Part shown: one piece after another, positions 38,848-55,352 of the stretch
Layout: each line of letters begins with the position of its first letter
How positions within the stretch are numbered: the first letter of the stretch is position 1
Source: the human T2T-CHM13v2.0 reference genome, Homo sapiens
DNA length: 64,000 nucleotides
Assembly (NCBI RefSeq): GCF_009914755.1
Contig: NC_060925.1
Strand: one strand, 5' to 3'
Position numbers and translations under genes: made by a program
Notes under the pieces: generated by a model
Told to the model about the DNA's origin: nothing
The model's input: only the letters and a program-made list of their open reading frames with translations
Database searches by the model: none

Positions 38848-41715
38848 TAGTTGACCTTGGAACAACATGGGTTTCAACTGTGCAGGTCCGCCTACACTGG
38901 TATTTTTTTAAAAAAATAAATATATCAGAAAAAGTTTTGGAGAATTGCAATTGAAAAAACTAGCAGACTAACTGCATAGCCTAGAATATAAGAAAAAAAT
39001 TAAGAAAAAGCTATGTACATCCTGAATGCATAAAGTATATGTATATGTTAATCTATTTTATCATTTACTACCATAAAATATACACAAATCTATTATAAAA
39101 AGTTAAAACTTATCAAAATGTATGCACACAAACCGTACAAGTCACTATTTGCAGTCAAGAGAAACATAAACAAACATAAAGATGCTGTATTAAACCACAA
39201 CTGCATACAATTAACTATAGCACATACTGTACTACCCAAATAATTAGTTTTATTTTATTTTTATAAATGTGCTAGGTACAAGCATACTTTTATTATATGA
39301 TTGTTTTGTTATTTGGATATATTGCTAGTGGTGAAGTCTGAGCTTTTACTGTACTCATCACCCCAATAGTGAACATTGTACCCAATAATAATTTTTCAAC
39401 CCTCACTCCCCTCCAACCCTGGCATCTTTTGGAATATTCTCCAGCGTCTACTTTCCAGTGTATGTACTATTATAATAATTTTGTAGCCACCCCCTGTTGC
39501 TACTGTGGTGAGCTCATGTTGCCAGTATCTGCCATGAGCACTTGGTCTCTTCAGTAAATTCTGTATCTAAGTAAATAGTGTGTTCTCTCACAGTTCTCTT
39601 TTCATTGTGCTTAGTGTAATACTATAAATCTTGAATAACACCATGAGACCAATACAAAGTGCCACAAGTGATGCTGGGAGTGCTCCCAAGAAGCAGAGAA
39701 AAGTTGTGACATTATGAGAAAAAGTTAGATTGCTTCCTATAGATTGAGTTCTTCAGCTGCCTGCCATTTCAAAATAAATGAATCCAGTGTAAGGTCCCTT
39801 AAAAAAAAAAAAGAGAAATTCATAAGGCCTCATTTCATGCCAACAGGCATGAAAACCTTGTCCTTTCTTATCTCATATTCAAAATGCAGCTTTTATGTGG
39901 GGTACAGAATTGCTATAAGAAAGACATACCTATAGACTCTTATTTGATTCAAGAAATAGCGAAGTCATTATTTGACAACTTAAAGTAAAAGCAAGATGAA
40001 AGATCTAAAGCTGGAGAATTTAATGGCAGCAAAGGATGATTTGATAATTTTAGAAAGTGGTTTGGTTTTAAAAATGTCAGGATAATGGGAGTAGCAACTT
40101 CTGCCAACCAAGAACCAGCAAGTGAATTCTCAAATGCCGTTAAGAAAAACATTGAGGAGAAAGGATATCTGCCTGAATAGGTATTAATGCAGCTGAAAGT
40201 GCCCTATTCCAGGGGGAAAAATAAAAGCCACAAAGGTCATTTATTAGTAAGGAAGAGAAGCAAGCACCAAGATTTAAGGCAGGAAGGGATAGGCTAACTC
40301 TACTGCTTTGTGCAAATGTAGTCGGGTTTATGATCAGGGCTGCCCTTAACTATAAAGCTGCTAACCCCTGAGTCTTGAAAGGGAAAAGAGAAACACTAGT
40401 TGCCAGTCTTTTGGTTGTACAACAAGAAGGCCTGGACTATGAGAATGCTTTTTCTGGATTAGTTCCATCAGTGCTTTGTCCCTGAAGTCAGAAGTACCTT
40501 GCCAGTAAGGGACTGCTTTTTAAAGTTTTTTGTTGTTGTTGTTTAATTGGAAAATGCCCCCTGGCCACCCAGAACCCCATGAGTTCAACACCAAAGGCAC
40601 TGAAGTGTTCTCCTTTTCCCCCAAACACATCTCTACTTCAGCCTCTAGATAAGGGAGTCATAAGGACCTTTAAGGCTCTACATATGGCACTCTATGGAAA
40701 GGTTTGTCAACATTGCAAAAGAGAAACCCAATACAGAGAACATCATGGAAGTCTGGAAGGCTTACACCTTTCAAGATGTCATCAGTTGATATAGAAAACC
40801 ATGAAACTCAAAACAATAAATTCCTGCTGGACAAAAGTACAATTTGTGTCCAGATGTTGTGCATAGCTACAGAATTACGACAAACCCAATTTAGAGAAAA
40901 CCATGGAAAGAAGTATGGATATGAAGGGAAAAAAAGGTGTGGAGTGAAGGGTTGCAAGATATGGATCTTGGAGGAATTTAAGAGCTAATACACACCACAC
41001 CAGAGGAATTAACAAAAGATGACTTCATGGAGATGAGTGCTTCCTAACCAGTGCCAGATAATGAGGAAGAAGACATAGGAAAAGCAGTGCCAGAAAACAA
41101 ATTGGCATTCAACAATCTGGCAAAAGAGCTTTGATTATTCAAGACTACTTTTGACTTCTTTTATGACATAGACCGTTCCATGATACAGGAACTGAAACTA
41201 AAGCAAATGGTGGAAGACGGATAGGTACTACACTGAAATGTTTTTAGAGAAATGAAAAAGCAAAATAGACAGAAATAATGATGTATTTTTGTAAAGTTTC
41301 ACCAAGTGTGCTTGCCTCTTTTGCTTCCCCTTCCATCCCTTCACCCTCTTCCACCTCTGCTACCCTAAGACACAAAGACCAGCTCCTCCTCCTCCTCCTC
41401 TGCCTACTCAACATGAAGACAACAATGATGAAGACCTTTAGGATGATCCACTTCCACTTAATGAATGGGTCATATATTTTCTCTTCCTTACAATTTTCTT
41501 GATTATAATTTCTTTTCTGTAGCTTAGTTTATTGTAAGAATACAGTATATAATACACATAGCATGCAAAATATGTCTTAAATGTAACGCATGTTATCAGT
41601 AAGCCTTCTGGTCAACAATAGGTTATTAGTTTGGGGGGAATCAAAAGTTGTATGCGGATTTTTCACTGTGTGGGAGGCCAGCTCCCCTAACCCTATGTTG
41701 TTCAAGGGGCAACAA
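38848..41715 (+). mobile_element. Tigger2 (TcMar-pogo) DNA transposon, near full length, with decayed transposase
   Basis: TIRs agttgaccttggaacaacat / atgttgttcaaggggcaac; pogo DDE remnants DRLTLLLCAN (about 40288) and LLQPLDKGVIRTFKA (about 40632). Confidence 0.85.
39246..39468 (-). mobile_element. Old L1 3'-end fragment nested in Tigger2
   Basis: T-rich tail then ggtgaagtctgagctttt...gtactcatcacccc...aacattgtacccaata (L1PB/MA-like). Confidence 0.65.
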
Positions 41716-42037
41716 TATTCTTTCTCACTGGCACTTTACTTTCCATAAATTCAAATCCCAAAAGTAGAACTGCAAGTTCAAAAGGATTTTTAAAAAAATA
41801 ATTACTGTCAGATTACAGAAAGTTTCCAATTTACATTTTCACTACCAATGTACAATGTTGGCGTCCCTGAATCCTTATCAGCAATGAATTTTTAAATATA
41901 CTATAAGAGATGAAAAAAATTTTTTTAAATTTGGAATTCCCTGATCACTAATGAAGTTAAGCATCAATATTATTCCTTTAATATGCAAATGCTGAAAATA
42001 CATTTAACTATAATAGATGTCAAAAATCTGTAAATCA

Positions 42038-42190
42038 GGCTAGGTGTGGTAGGCACTCACCTGTATTCCCAGCCACTGGGAGACTTGAGTCCAGGAGTTC
42101 CAGACTGTAGTATGCAATGATCAAGCCTGTGAATAGCCACTGCACTCCAGCATGGACAACATAGCAAGACCCCATCTTTTTTTTTAAAAA
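42038..42190 (+). mobile_element. Alu monomer (FAM/FRAM-like)
   Basis: ggctaggtgtgg...gtgaatagccactgcactccagc. Confidence 0.75.
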
Positions 42191-42263
42191 AGAGTCTATA
42201 AGACAAAGGTCCTCATAAATTAAGAGAAGCCAAGACAGTCACTGTGACTGCAGAATATTTTAA

Positions 42264-44005
<1,742 letters not shown>

Positions 44006-45090
44006 ATTTCAAATATTATTGTAAAACAATGAGATATTGAAACATACATTGGAGCAAACTCTTCTTCATTCTTAAATCCTTTCAGCACAGAGACAATCAA
44101 CTGACTGTCTGGGTACTACCTGACCACTATTGGAGTCTCTTTCATCTGCCTGAGTCTGTGCAACAATATGAAATTATAATTTTACTATGCACCTAAACTT
44201 TCCTCAATATATTGAATTCTTACAGAATTTGAAGAGTCAAATTTTGTAAATCCAGTTACCTTTTTCCACTACTCTAGGCCTCATATACTATCTGGCCTAA
44301 GGGTTAAAGGTCCACAATTGAATAAGCCAAACTTGTTAATTTGAGGGTAAAGCATGTCAAGAAATCTGGCCTTAATGTCCAATGAACTTATGTCATATTA
44401 AGTAGCTGGATAGAAACATGCATTCCAAAGTGGATACTGTTTATCAGGCTCAGTGCTCTATTCTTGACAGTAAATCCCAGAATAGGGTGGATGCTTTAAT
44501 TTTGTATTAAATAGTATTAGGTGTAATATCAAAACCACTAAGGGAACACTAATGATGAGAATAGGAACACTAGCTGTGGAGCTGGCAATTTTCTATAGAA
44601 ATCCTATCTCTTTCAATTGCCTGTTTAGTGGGCAAGTGTTTCAGTTCCTATAATATCTAAATTGGAGAAAATCACCCCACCTACTTCTTCAGGTGTTATG
44701 ATAATTATGAGGGATAACATCTTTTTAAGTGTTTAACACAATTCCTCACACATAGAAAGCAATAATAAACATTGGCTAGCATTGTAAGGATGGATTATTG
44801 TCTTTCAATGTGTTTTCATACATTTTCTTTCTGGGATCTTGAGTGAAACATGTGGATCTATAACAAGAACAAAATGATGTTACCTTGATGATCTCTATGT
44901 AGGGTCACACTAAAGGCATCTTAAAATATTTTGCTGGCCAACAAAAGACACCTCCTGTTCTAATTGGGCATTGTCCTTTTCTTTAAACTATGCAGACAAA
45001 CAATATTATAAAGTGAGAACATCCACATAAAAAACCTAAACATAAATCTTAATAGTGAGTTCATGAAAATTCTTACTGATGAAATGGCAA

Positions 45091-45447
45091 TGTCACAGAC
45101 TGACTGTTTATGTCCCCCCAAATTTGTATATTGAAATCCTAACCCCCAAACTACTCGTGTTAGGAGATAGAGCCTTGGGGAGGTGATTAGGTCATGAGGA
45201 CAAGATTCTCATGAATGGGATTTGTGCCCTTATAAAAGAGATCCCAGAGAGCTCATTGGCCCCTTCCAAAGTATGGGGATACAGCAGGAAGTTGCCATCT
45301 ATGAGCCAGAAGGGTGAACCTCACCCCAGATGCTGAATCTGCCTTGATATTGGACTTCCCAGCCTGCACAACTGTAAGAAATTTCTGTTGTTTATAAGTT
45401 ACTCAGCTTGTGGTATTTTGTTACAGCAGCCTACACAGACTAAGACA
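45091..45447 (+). mobile_element. MaLR MLT1A0-type solo LTR
   Basis: tttatgtccccccaaattt...gaggtgattaggtcatgagg...cagactaagaca. Confidence 0.85.
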
Positions 45448-47374
45448 AGTAGCATTTTGAGGATTAAAATTTCTTCATAAATGAATAGAGTATGCCCTGT
45501 TAAACCATATTCTCAGCTAACCCCATTTACTCACTGTTCCTCTTTATTTTAGTTTCACATTTTTGCTATTTATCTCTGTAATTTCATTCATTCTTCACAA
45601 TTTGCCATTCTTATACTTCGAATCATGTTATCAGTTTATAATACCTCCATCAAATGATAGTCTGCATTTGTTTATCCTTGGCTGATTCAAAACACTTGGC
45701 ATAATTTCCTTAAAGGAAATCATCTTCATCTCACCTCACAACACTGTATTATTTTCAATTAATTTCCAATAAACTCTTAATTGTCCATGCTCTGTCAGAG
45801 TTGGCAGAGTTAATCCCTGTTTAAGCTAATAGGTTCAACTTCTTCAACAAACAAATCTGGCTGCTGACAAGCCAGAGTATTAATTAAATCTAGTTTCATT
45901 GCTTCTCACTTTCCTTGATCTTTCTCTCTTGTTCTTTGGGAAACAGTCACAGAGTTCTGGCGCTAATAAATACTATAAAAAGTAGGAAATACAGTCTAAA
46001 GAAGCAGAATATTCTGTTTAAAGTTGATGTGGTGCTTTTTGTGCACCAAGCATTGGCTCAAAAGCCTGAAAATTAGGCAGCAATACTTCCTAAGCTCATC
46101 TTCAACCATAAGGCAGAAAAGCCAAACATATCTGAAAATATAATATCACTGGTACCTTATACCAGCACTAAGAATAAGAAAACCCTGGAAAGTGGCTCAA
46201 GTACAATATTTTTCTATTGGAATTAATTTTTCAAAATGGAAAGGACTTCATTGTTATTTTTATTATAAAATTAGTATATGTTTATTATTAAAAATAAGTA
46301 CAAAAATCTCTAAAAGAAAAAGGGAAAAATTACCAGCAGTTCCACATTCCAGATATCATCACTGTTAGCATTTAGGATACAAATATCCAAACACTTTTTC
46401 TATCAATACATTTAATTTTTAAATTTGACCATTACGCAATGTACACATGCACTAAAGCACCACACTGTACCCCATAAACATGTGCAATTATTATGTCAAT
46501 TAAAAACAAAATAAAAGCATTTTACAAAAAATCATGTTATTTTTAATAACTTGTTTTTCTAATTTTATACACCATAAAATAAATGTCTTTACATGACATT
46601 TATTTTATGATAATAACTAATTTACTCATTTAAACAGCAAGGTACATTTCATTCTACAGATATACTATATAATATTTACTCTGATCTCTGGATGAGAATT
46701 TATGTTGCCTGTAAATATTGTATCACAAACATTATAAGAATAATCTCTGTAAAGGTTTTTTTCCTGTATTATTATTTGGGTAGAAAAATTACTAGAAATA
46801 GAATAACTGGGTCAAAGATTAAAGACAATTTAAATTTCAATATATAGAATCAAATTATTCTCCAAAATATTGTACTCTACAGTATTTGAATTTTGATTTT
46901 TTTCTCCATTTTCACTACTGCCAATAACTTTAATCTTTGTCGATAAATGAGACAAAAAAGACGAATAATGCAATATTATACAAGGGAGATTAATAGGTAG
47001 AAAAAGAAATGTAATGGCCAGGAGTAACAGAAGATGTTCAACATCAATCCAATCAAATTAGTCTTTAAAATGCAATAGCAGTCAATGTTAGCAAGAGTGT
47101 AGGTATTAGACATTCTCATAGGAATATAAACTAGGGCCATGTTTTAGGATCATATTAGATCGCAGCAATTAAAAAATGTTAAATTCATATGTTCTATAGC
47201 AACTTTTCAGGTTGGAATTTATCACTTGGAGAATCTTGTAAAATACATAAACCAAGATATGTTATTAATGTTATTGGTAGCCTATTGTTTAAATAAAAAA
47301 TATATTTATACAATACAGTTGTTAAAAGTTAAGAATATCTTGAAGGTAAATTATTAAACAAAAATAGAAAGCCT

Positions 47375-47510
47375 AGGCCAGGCAAGACTTCATGTCATGC
47401 TTGTAATCCCAACACTTTTGGAGACTGAGGCTGGAGGATTGCTTGAGCCCAGGAGTTTGAGACCAACCTGGGCAACACAGTGAGACCTCATCTCTAGAAA
47501 AAAAAAAATA
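47375..47510 (+). mobile_element. Alu left monomer (FLAM/AluJ)
   Basis: ggattgcttgagcccaggagtttgagacc...A tail. Confidence 0.8.
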
Positions 47511-48894
47511 CAAAGCTTAGTTCTGAACATCCTTTTGTGTAATACTAAAAGATAAAATTTTATTTTCTAACTTGTTTAAGATCTATATTCTATACGGGGG
47601 ATGTGTATTAAGGTCATTTTTAAAAAGGTACTCAAGAAATTGTCAACAGTGATTATCTTAAGGAGAGATTCTAGATGTCTGGGGGTAAGAGACTAGAGGA
47701 AAGAGAATTTTATATTTCATTTTTACCTTTATTTAATTTTTTGATTTTCTTACTGGGTGCATGAATTATATTTTTATGTCAGCATGTTTTATCAGATAAA
47801 TAAAATTATGAGCTATTTCTGTTTTCTCTCATTTGTTTTATGTTTAAATAAAGGAAAATGAGATATGTCTTTTTAAATTAGATAATCTTGAGTCCATGAT
47901 TATTATGAAAGCCCTCTGTTATCTTTTTCCTTCCTTTCACAATGACTATTTATGTTGTAGAATCATTAATTTCTCAAGACAAATGTCTTAGAAGGTAGAT
48001 ACAAAAAAAGGTATACATTTTTTGATTCAAGCTAATTTCATGTTATGAACAAAATTACGTAATGTCATTTCTAAGACCTTTCTGTGATCTATCAATCCAC
48101 TAGGTTAAAGAGCAGAAATCACTTCCAAAACAAATCCTTTTGCAGTCAGCAAAATGAAGCAATTATATGAATAAGTTTTTCCACTTGGCCTATTTTTCTA
48201 CCCAGGGTTATTAATCAGTCTCATTGACTACATTTTCCGTTTTACATCCCCTTTCAGGCACTACTGCAGATGGCCAAGCATATCACATTATGTAAATAAA
48301 ATAAAACAAAATCTTCTCCCATTGAGCAAATGGATATACTTCACCTCTAATGCTTCCAGTCTTTCTCAGATCATTCAAAAAGCATGATATGGTTTCCATA
48401 AAAGGACATTCATCCCATTTGACTAACTGGAATTTCTTTACTCCAGCTAATCTTTACCAAAGAGCTGAATTAATTCAAGTTGACACCCTGTTATCTACCA
48501 GCTCTTCCAGCCCTTTTGCTTGATTGTTTTGTCATTTTGTCTTTTCTTTTCTTCTAAAGTGGGAGTATGGAGATTTACCCTTCTGAAACAGCTGTGTCAC
48601 ATCATGATCCTTGAGGATATCAGCTCTTAACTGGCTGCACATCAAAATCACTGTTTCCTTTGACCAATACTCTAGACACACTCAAGCAGAGATTCTGGAT
48701 TCTGATTTAATTGACACAGAGTAGGGCCTGGGCATTTTTACAGCTCCCCACATGATTCTATTGTGCCTCATCTATCCTAGCCCTTAAGCAGGACCAAACA
48801 TTTGTTCTATCTTAATTATTATTCTCTTAAACTTAGTCCAATTCCTTACAACTGATAGCTTTCTATATACTCATCTGCCTTGAGTGATGACAAT

Positions 48895-49257
48895 TGATAT
48901 GGTTTGGCTGTGTCCACACCCAATCTCATCTTGTAGCTCCCATAATTCCCACATGTTGTGGGAGGTGCCCAGTGGGAGATAACTGAATCATGAGGATGGG
49001 TCTTTCCTGTGCTGTTCTTGTGTTAGTGAGTAAGTCTCATGAGATCTGATCATTTTTAAAATGGGAGTTTCCCTGCACAAGCTGTCTCTTTGCCTGCTGC
49101 TATCCATGTAAGATGTGACTTGCTCCTCTTTGTCCTCCACCATGATTTTGAGGCCTCCCCACCCATGTGGAACTGTAAGTCCATTAAACCTCTTTCTTTT
49201 GTAAATTGCCCGGTCTCAGGTATGTCCTTATCAGCAGCATGAAAACAGATGAATACA
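48895..49257 (+). mobile_element. THE1 (MaLR) solo LTR with 5-bp TSD
   Basis: TGATATGGTTTGGCTGTGTC...GAATACA; acaat on both flanks. Confidence 0.93.
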
Positions 49258-49493
49258 ACAATACTGTAACAAATTGACTCACATCTGTTCTCTTTATAGG
49301 AATTGCAATGCTACAATATTAGTGGCTCTTAATTCTAAGAGTGTTAAAAAATATTAATGCTTGTCTCACCCCTAAAGTCTAGGGTGTGACCTGAGTATTA
49401 GGTTATTTAAAACTTTTCTCAGGTAATAGACATGTGCAGCCAAGGTTGAGAACCACTCTATAGGGCCAAGATATGTAAGAAAATTCAAGTCCT

Positions 49494-49887
49494 TTAGCTG
49501 GGCGTGGTGGCACACAGCTGTAGCCCCAGGTACTCTGGAAGCTGAGGTGGGAGGATTGCTTGAGCCCAGGAGAGAGAGGCTGCATTAAGCTATGATCACA
49601 TCACTGCACTCTAGCCTGGGTGACAAAGTGAGATCATGTCAAAAAAAATAAAAAGAAAGGAGAAAGAAAGGAAGAAGAGGAAGGAAGGAAGGAAGGAAAA
49701 GAAGAAAGAAAGAAAGGAACAAAGAAAGAAAGAAAGAAAGAAGAGAAAAAGAGAGAGAGGAAGAAAGAAAGAGAGAAAGAAAGAAAAGAAAAAGGAAGGA
49801 AGGAAAGGAAGAAAGAAAGAAAAAGAGAGAAAGAAGAAAGAAGAAAAGGAAAGAAAGAAAGGAAGAAAGAGAGAAAGAAGGAAAAGA
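49494..49887 (+). mobile_element. Alu right monomer with about 250-bp GA-rich expanded tail
   Basis: 17-bp TSD aagaaaattcaagtcct at 49477-49493 and 49888-49904. Confidence 0.9.
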
Positions 49888-51379
49888 AAGAAAATTCAAG
49901 TCCTGCCTTGTAAAATGCAGTACTCCATTTTCCCAAAGAGATCCCAAGGGAAACTTAACTACAGGATAAAGACAAACAAAAGGACATAAATTACAACTAC
50001 TCTAGGTTCACATATTATTTTGTTTCTGAAATTGGTTTTAAAATATCTATGTCAGAGTTCATTTCTAGAACTTTATCTCTAGAAAACATATTTTCACTTC
50101 TCAATACAGGAAAATGGAGACTGGAAAAATGAGGTTGGAAAATGATTTCCATGCTTATCTCTCAGCTTCTTTTTTCAACTTCCCTTTTTCATCTCCGTAT
50201 CTTCACTGATACCTAGGAATCTCTGTTACATCACAGTCTTCAAGAGCTTTGCTTGCAGCAAATTAGTTAAGACATTAGCTTTCAAAAGTATATGATATTC
50301 TCTCACAAGCATTTGTCTACTTTTAATAGGGCAAGCTACGTAAAGATGTTAAATCTCATTCCAGAAATACCACATCTACTCTACCTATTTATGAGAACAG
50401 TCGTCTCTAGACCAAGATAGACATTCATAGTTAGGAAATAAATCCCTGTAGGCTTTTTCCACAGTCCCAATATGTCCCCTACTGTCCCGATTTTAGCAAC
50501 AAAAATCCCCCATCCAGAAAATCCTTCATTCCTGAGTAAGTTGAAAGATTGGTCACCCTATTTCTATCTGTGTCTCTTTCTTTCATAATTGGCTCATAAT
50601 CATAGCAGTCACAATTTTGAAAAATTTTATTTTACTGAATTACTCATTGCTGTTTTCTCATTTTTTAAATAATAAACACTTATTAAGAAACATTGGAAAT
50701 ATACCGAAAATAGTAAACAATAAAACAGAAACCATTGGCAGAAATAGTCACTATTAAAATCTTAATATACTCCCTTCCAATGTTGTTTCTGTTAATGCAA
50801 ATTAAAAAATCAGAGATTCGCCTCTGTGAACTAGATCTTTTTACCTTTAGATATTATTTGACAAATATATAGCTCGATCATCTATCCAAACTTCTCTTTT
50901 ACAGACTCCATGCCAATTAACCTTCTCCTATGAAACTATTATTTCTTCACATAGGATAAATATGGTTTTTGACACACAAACTTTCTTAGTTACACTGCAA
51001 TCCAGTTGTGCATCTCTAAATTTATACCAATTGGATTTAGAATGATCATTACTAAAGAGGCTTGGTCTTATCTCTTGCAATTTGCTTCTTCCTTCTTAAA
51101 TTCAATTCTTGTAATGTAACTATAATTTGGGGGTATTTTTTGCCTCATATTCAAATTCTCTTTCAAACTGAGGTACATTTCTGTATTTCTGTATTTGTAT
51201 ATTGTATATAATAGTATAGAAAACAATAATGAGATTATAGTGTACATAAAAGTTTTGAATTATAATTAAATATTTAATATATAAATATATTAAATATGTA
51301 TAAAATATCTGATTAGTAATAAGATAATAATTTAAAACCTCTGAGTTTTAAAACTAGGACTTTGAAATACCAGCAAAGG

Positions 51380-51860
51380 CCACCTGCTTTGACCAGCATC
51401 TCTTTTCCCTGCCTGCTTTAATCATGTCTTGGGTCCTGACAAATTTGCCCCCAGATCCCTCCCAAATTACTCTCCAACTCTGTTCTATGTTTCAGGAAAA
51501 TAACATTTATTTCCCAGTCTCCTTTGCCCTCCATTTTCCCAGTAGGCTATCCAGTGAGAGATGCCATAAAAGCCTGCCTCTTCTCTGCAGGGCTGCTTCC
51601 CACCAGATAGCCCCTCCCTCCATGGACCCAATTCCCATTAGCTCTAGCAACCTGCCTGAAGTCCTGGCCCCTTGGCTCTGATAATAACACCTTCTTCCAT
51701 GATCCTTCTAGTCCTAGGGGCAGTACTGGTTTCTTGCTCTTGAGCTGCTGACTCACCAAGCCTGGTTTGGCTTCCATCACTTGTGTAATCAATCACCTGT
51801 ATTAAATCACCTCTGCTTGAAAGACGAAGAATAGTTTCTGATTTATAAGCAAACACTGAA
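51380..51860 (+). mobile_element. Old ERVL LTR (LTR33-like)
   Basis: 3' end attaaatcacctctgcttgaaa...tagtttctg resembles remembered LTR33; recognised by eye. Confidence 0.45.
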
Positions 51861-51929
51861 AGCTCTTCTATTTCTTGTTTGCTAAACAAGATTTGTCAAA
51901 GTTAAATATTTTATTTTATTGAATTCACT

Positions 51930-52900
51930 TTTTGCCTCTTCTACAATGATGATTTGCTTTTCCTCCTTTAACTTGTTAATGTGATGAATTATACATAGTT
52001 TTTTTTCTATTGTTAGAAATCCTTGCATTCATGGAACAAACACAATTTTCATACTATATTATCTTTTTTACAGATTTCTAAACTTAATTTGCTAACTTTT
52101 AATTTAAAATGTTTGCCGTTAGGTTCATGAGGAAAGTTGGCATGTAATTTTCCTGTCTTACACATTTCTCATATAACATTGGTATCAAGGTTGTACTGGC
52201 CTCATAAAATGAACAAACAAATGGACCTTTTTTTATTCTGGAGTTGTTTTTATAAAATGGAAATAATCAATTTCTTGAAAACATTTGATAGAACTCACCA
52301 GTAAAAATGTCTGGGCCTGCTGGTTCTCTTCTTCTAAGAAGAATTTGGAACTTATAATTAAAGCTCCTTTAATGTGTTAGAAAACTTTCCAGGTTTCCTT
52401 GAACATTAATAAATTCCAATGATGAAAAGCCCTCAGATATTAAATATAACCTTAAATATAACCTTCCCCCAATTCAATTTTTCTTTTGCAGATATGATTA
52501 GATACTCTAATTTTTCAACCTCTATTTCACCTATCCATTTTCCTTTCCTCCTCTGTACTGTCTTCAGCATAATTTGTTTAGTCTAACTTCCAACTCACTT
52601 ATTTTCTTTTTGGTTCTATCCAATATTGTGTTTAACCTGTCCATTTAGTTTTTAATTTTCATTATATTTTTTATTTCTAAAAGATCTCTTAAGTTCAGTT
52701 TCAATCTGCTTAACATAAGATACATACACTGTCTCAATTTATATTCCTGGCACACCTCATTGATTTTTTAAACCTATTAAACACAGCTTTTATAGTTATA
52801 TAATCATCCTAATATCTGAAATCTTTATGGGCATAATTCTGTTTCTGCTCATGATGTTTATTTCCTCATGAGTTTTGTAAGAGTCTTACTTTTTTCTCAT
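51930..52900 (-). mobile_element. Highly diverged L1M fragments
   Basis: ttgttaatgtgatgaatt...ccttgcattc...ggtatcaaggttgtactggcctcataaaatga...agaactcaccagtaaa...tctgggcctg. Confidence 0.6.
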
Positions 52901-54991
52901 TTTGGATGAAATTTTACCTGTGGCCATTCTTTGAGACATGGGCTGAATGTGGGTTTCTCCAAAGACACTTTGCCTTCGTCTTGTGTTTGGTGGTAATACC
53001 AACATGGGATAACTATAAAATAAATTATCAGTTTCATGTGTGGGTTTTTTTAAAATTATACTTACAGTGAAAATTTAAACCACAAATTCATGTGAAGATG
53101 GCCTTCTAATTTTTCCTCTAAATAGCACCGAGTTTGAGGCAGGAAAATTTCCTGGTTGTCTCCCCCTGAGGAACAGGTTTTTATCTAGTTTATCCTTTCA
53201 CTGAAATTATAGTCCTTCATATCTCTGGCTTTCAGCAGTTTTCTCCTGTAAGACTGCTATACTGGGCAGGCACTAGGTTTTGTCTCACACTCTCCCATAT
53301 CCCAGGTGGTCATAAAAATTGAAGCTCAGGGTACTAGGGCCAGGACTGTCCTTATGGAAGCTTCTGGTTTGGGGGTCTGCATACCTCTCTGGATTTATGT
53401 ATTCTCCTTATGCTTGGCCTATGTGGTTCACCTTAATTTCTATTCAAGTCAGTAATATACTTTTGAAAAATGACATGTACATTTTATCTGGTATTTGTAG
53501 ATTTCATATAGCAGGATAGTGATTCAGCAAATTTAGTCTGTCACAATGCTAGGAATAGAATTCCCCTAATTTTTGAAAAAATTATATCAAATCATGTTTA
53601 TTGCCATTAATAGTCTTATAAATGTGCTTTTAAGTAACTGCATTTTGTCATAGCTCATTGTGATTGTATATTTAACTAATTCACCCCTACCTCATGTTTT
53701 TTGGGAGTGAAGGTTGTACTCAACTCATTATGTTAAGTAATACTACAGTAAACATCAATCTATACATGCATTAATAATGATTTCCAAGAAAGTAGTGACA
53801 CATGGTCATAATCATCTTTGAGGCTGATGGTACATATTTTCAAATTGCATCTCAGAAATAATATACCAATCTGTGCTCTAATCAGCCGCATATGAAAGTG
53901 TCATCTTTCTGTTCTCCAACCAATACAACTACTACTGTTTTTATACCTACAAATCTGACAAAGATGGGAGAAGGCATCTTATAGTTTCAATTTGTATTTC
54001 TTTGGTGACCAATGTACTAAATTACTCAATGTACTAAATTACTCTTTTCCTGTTTATCATCCATTTCAAACAAGATGTAAACCATTTTAAATTTTTTTAT
54101 ATTAATGCAAATCGTAAATCACTACTTTATTTATTCAATTTCCTAAGCAAAATTATATGTTGTCCCATTTATACATTTTATATTAGATCATTCTGCCTTA
54201 CATTTATATCCTAAAAACTGTCAGAATTATATAATAATTATGAACAGTTGATTATAAATAATGCCTTTATTAGGATATTTCTCCATAAATCTAAATTTCA
54301 TCAATCTTTCTTTAAATATCTCTACACAATTTCCTCTTGTATTATATTAATAATTGCAGATACACTTCTTTTTGCTATTTCTATTAATTCTTTCCTATTC
54401 CTATTGTCTGTTAGTCTCCCATTTTCTCCCATAAAATAAATAAAAATTTTTCTATCAGATTCTGTGATATATTACTTCTTATTCCCAGCCTTCAACATTT
54501 TAAGAATTCAGATTGACCTTTTCTCCCATTCTTATTTCAAGTTATCAGCATGTCAATACTTGGGAAATCCCATCAAGTGTTTAACAGTGCATACCTTACT
54601 GATTCATTATTTATTTCAATTTAATCTTTCTTATTTTCATTCAACTTTTTTCTCAGTAATACAACTTTTTCAAGCTTTTTATTTTCTAATGCATTTCTCC
54701 AAATAGCAGCCATAACCCTTATATGCCCTCTTTCAATGACAACAACAAAAGTGTGCTAGGCTTCTTGGAAGAAAATAATTATACCAATTTAAGAAGGAGA
54801 AAATTGATGTACTGATAAACAAATGGGCATCTTAGGATCATGTTTCTCACAAGTAAGGCAGTTCCAGAAATTCCTAGGACCCTAATGGGTTTTATTCTAA
54901 ATAGGTTAAACATATCACTTAAAAAATTGTTTTCTACAGTTCTCTAATATTGCTTACAATTGTCCACGTTTCCATGTTTATAAACTTGCAC

Positions 54992-55352
<361 letters not shown>

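Noticed and set aside
49634-49989. K/R/E-rich and F/S/L-rich ORFs
   Set aside because: Translations of the GA-rich microsatellite.
54010-54044. 17-bp tandem duplication caatgtactaaattact
   Set aside because: Ordinary microduplication.
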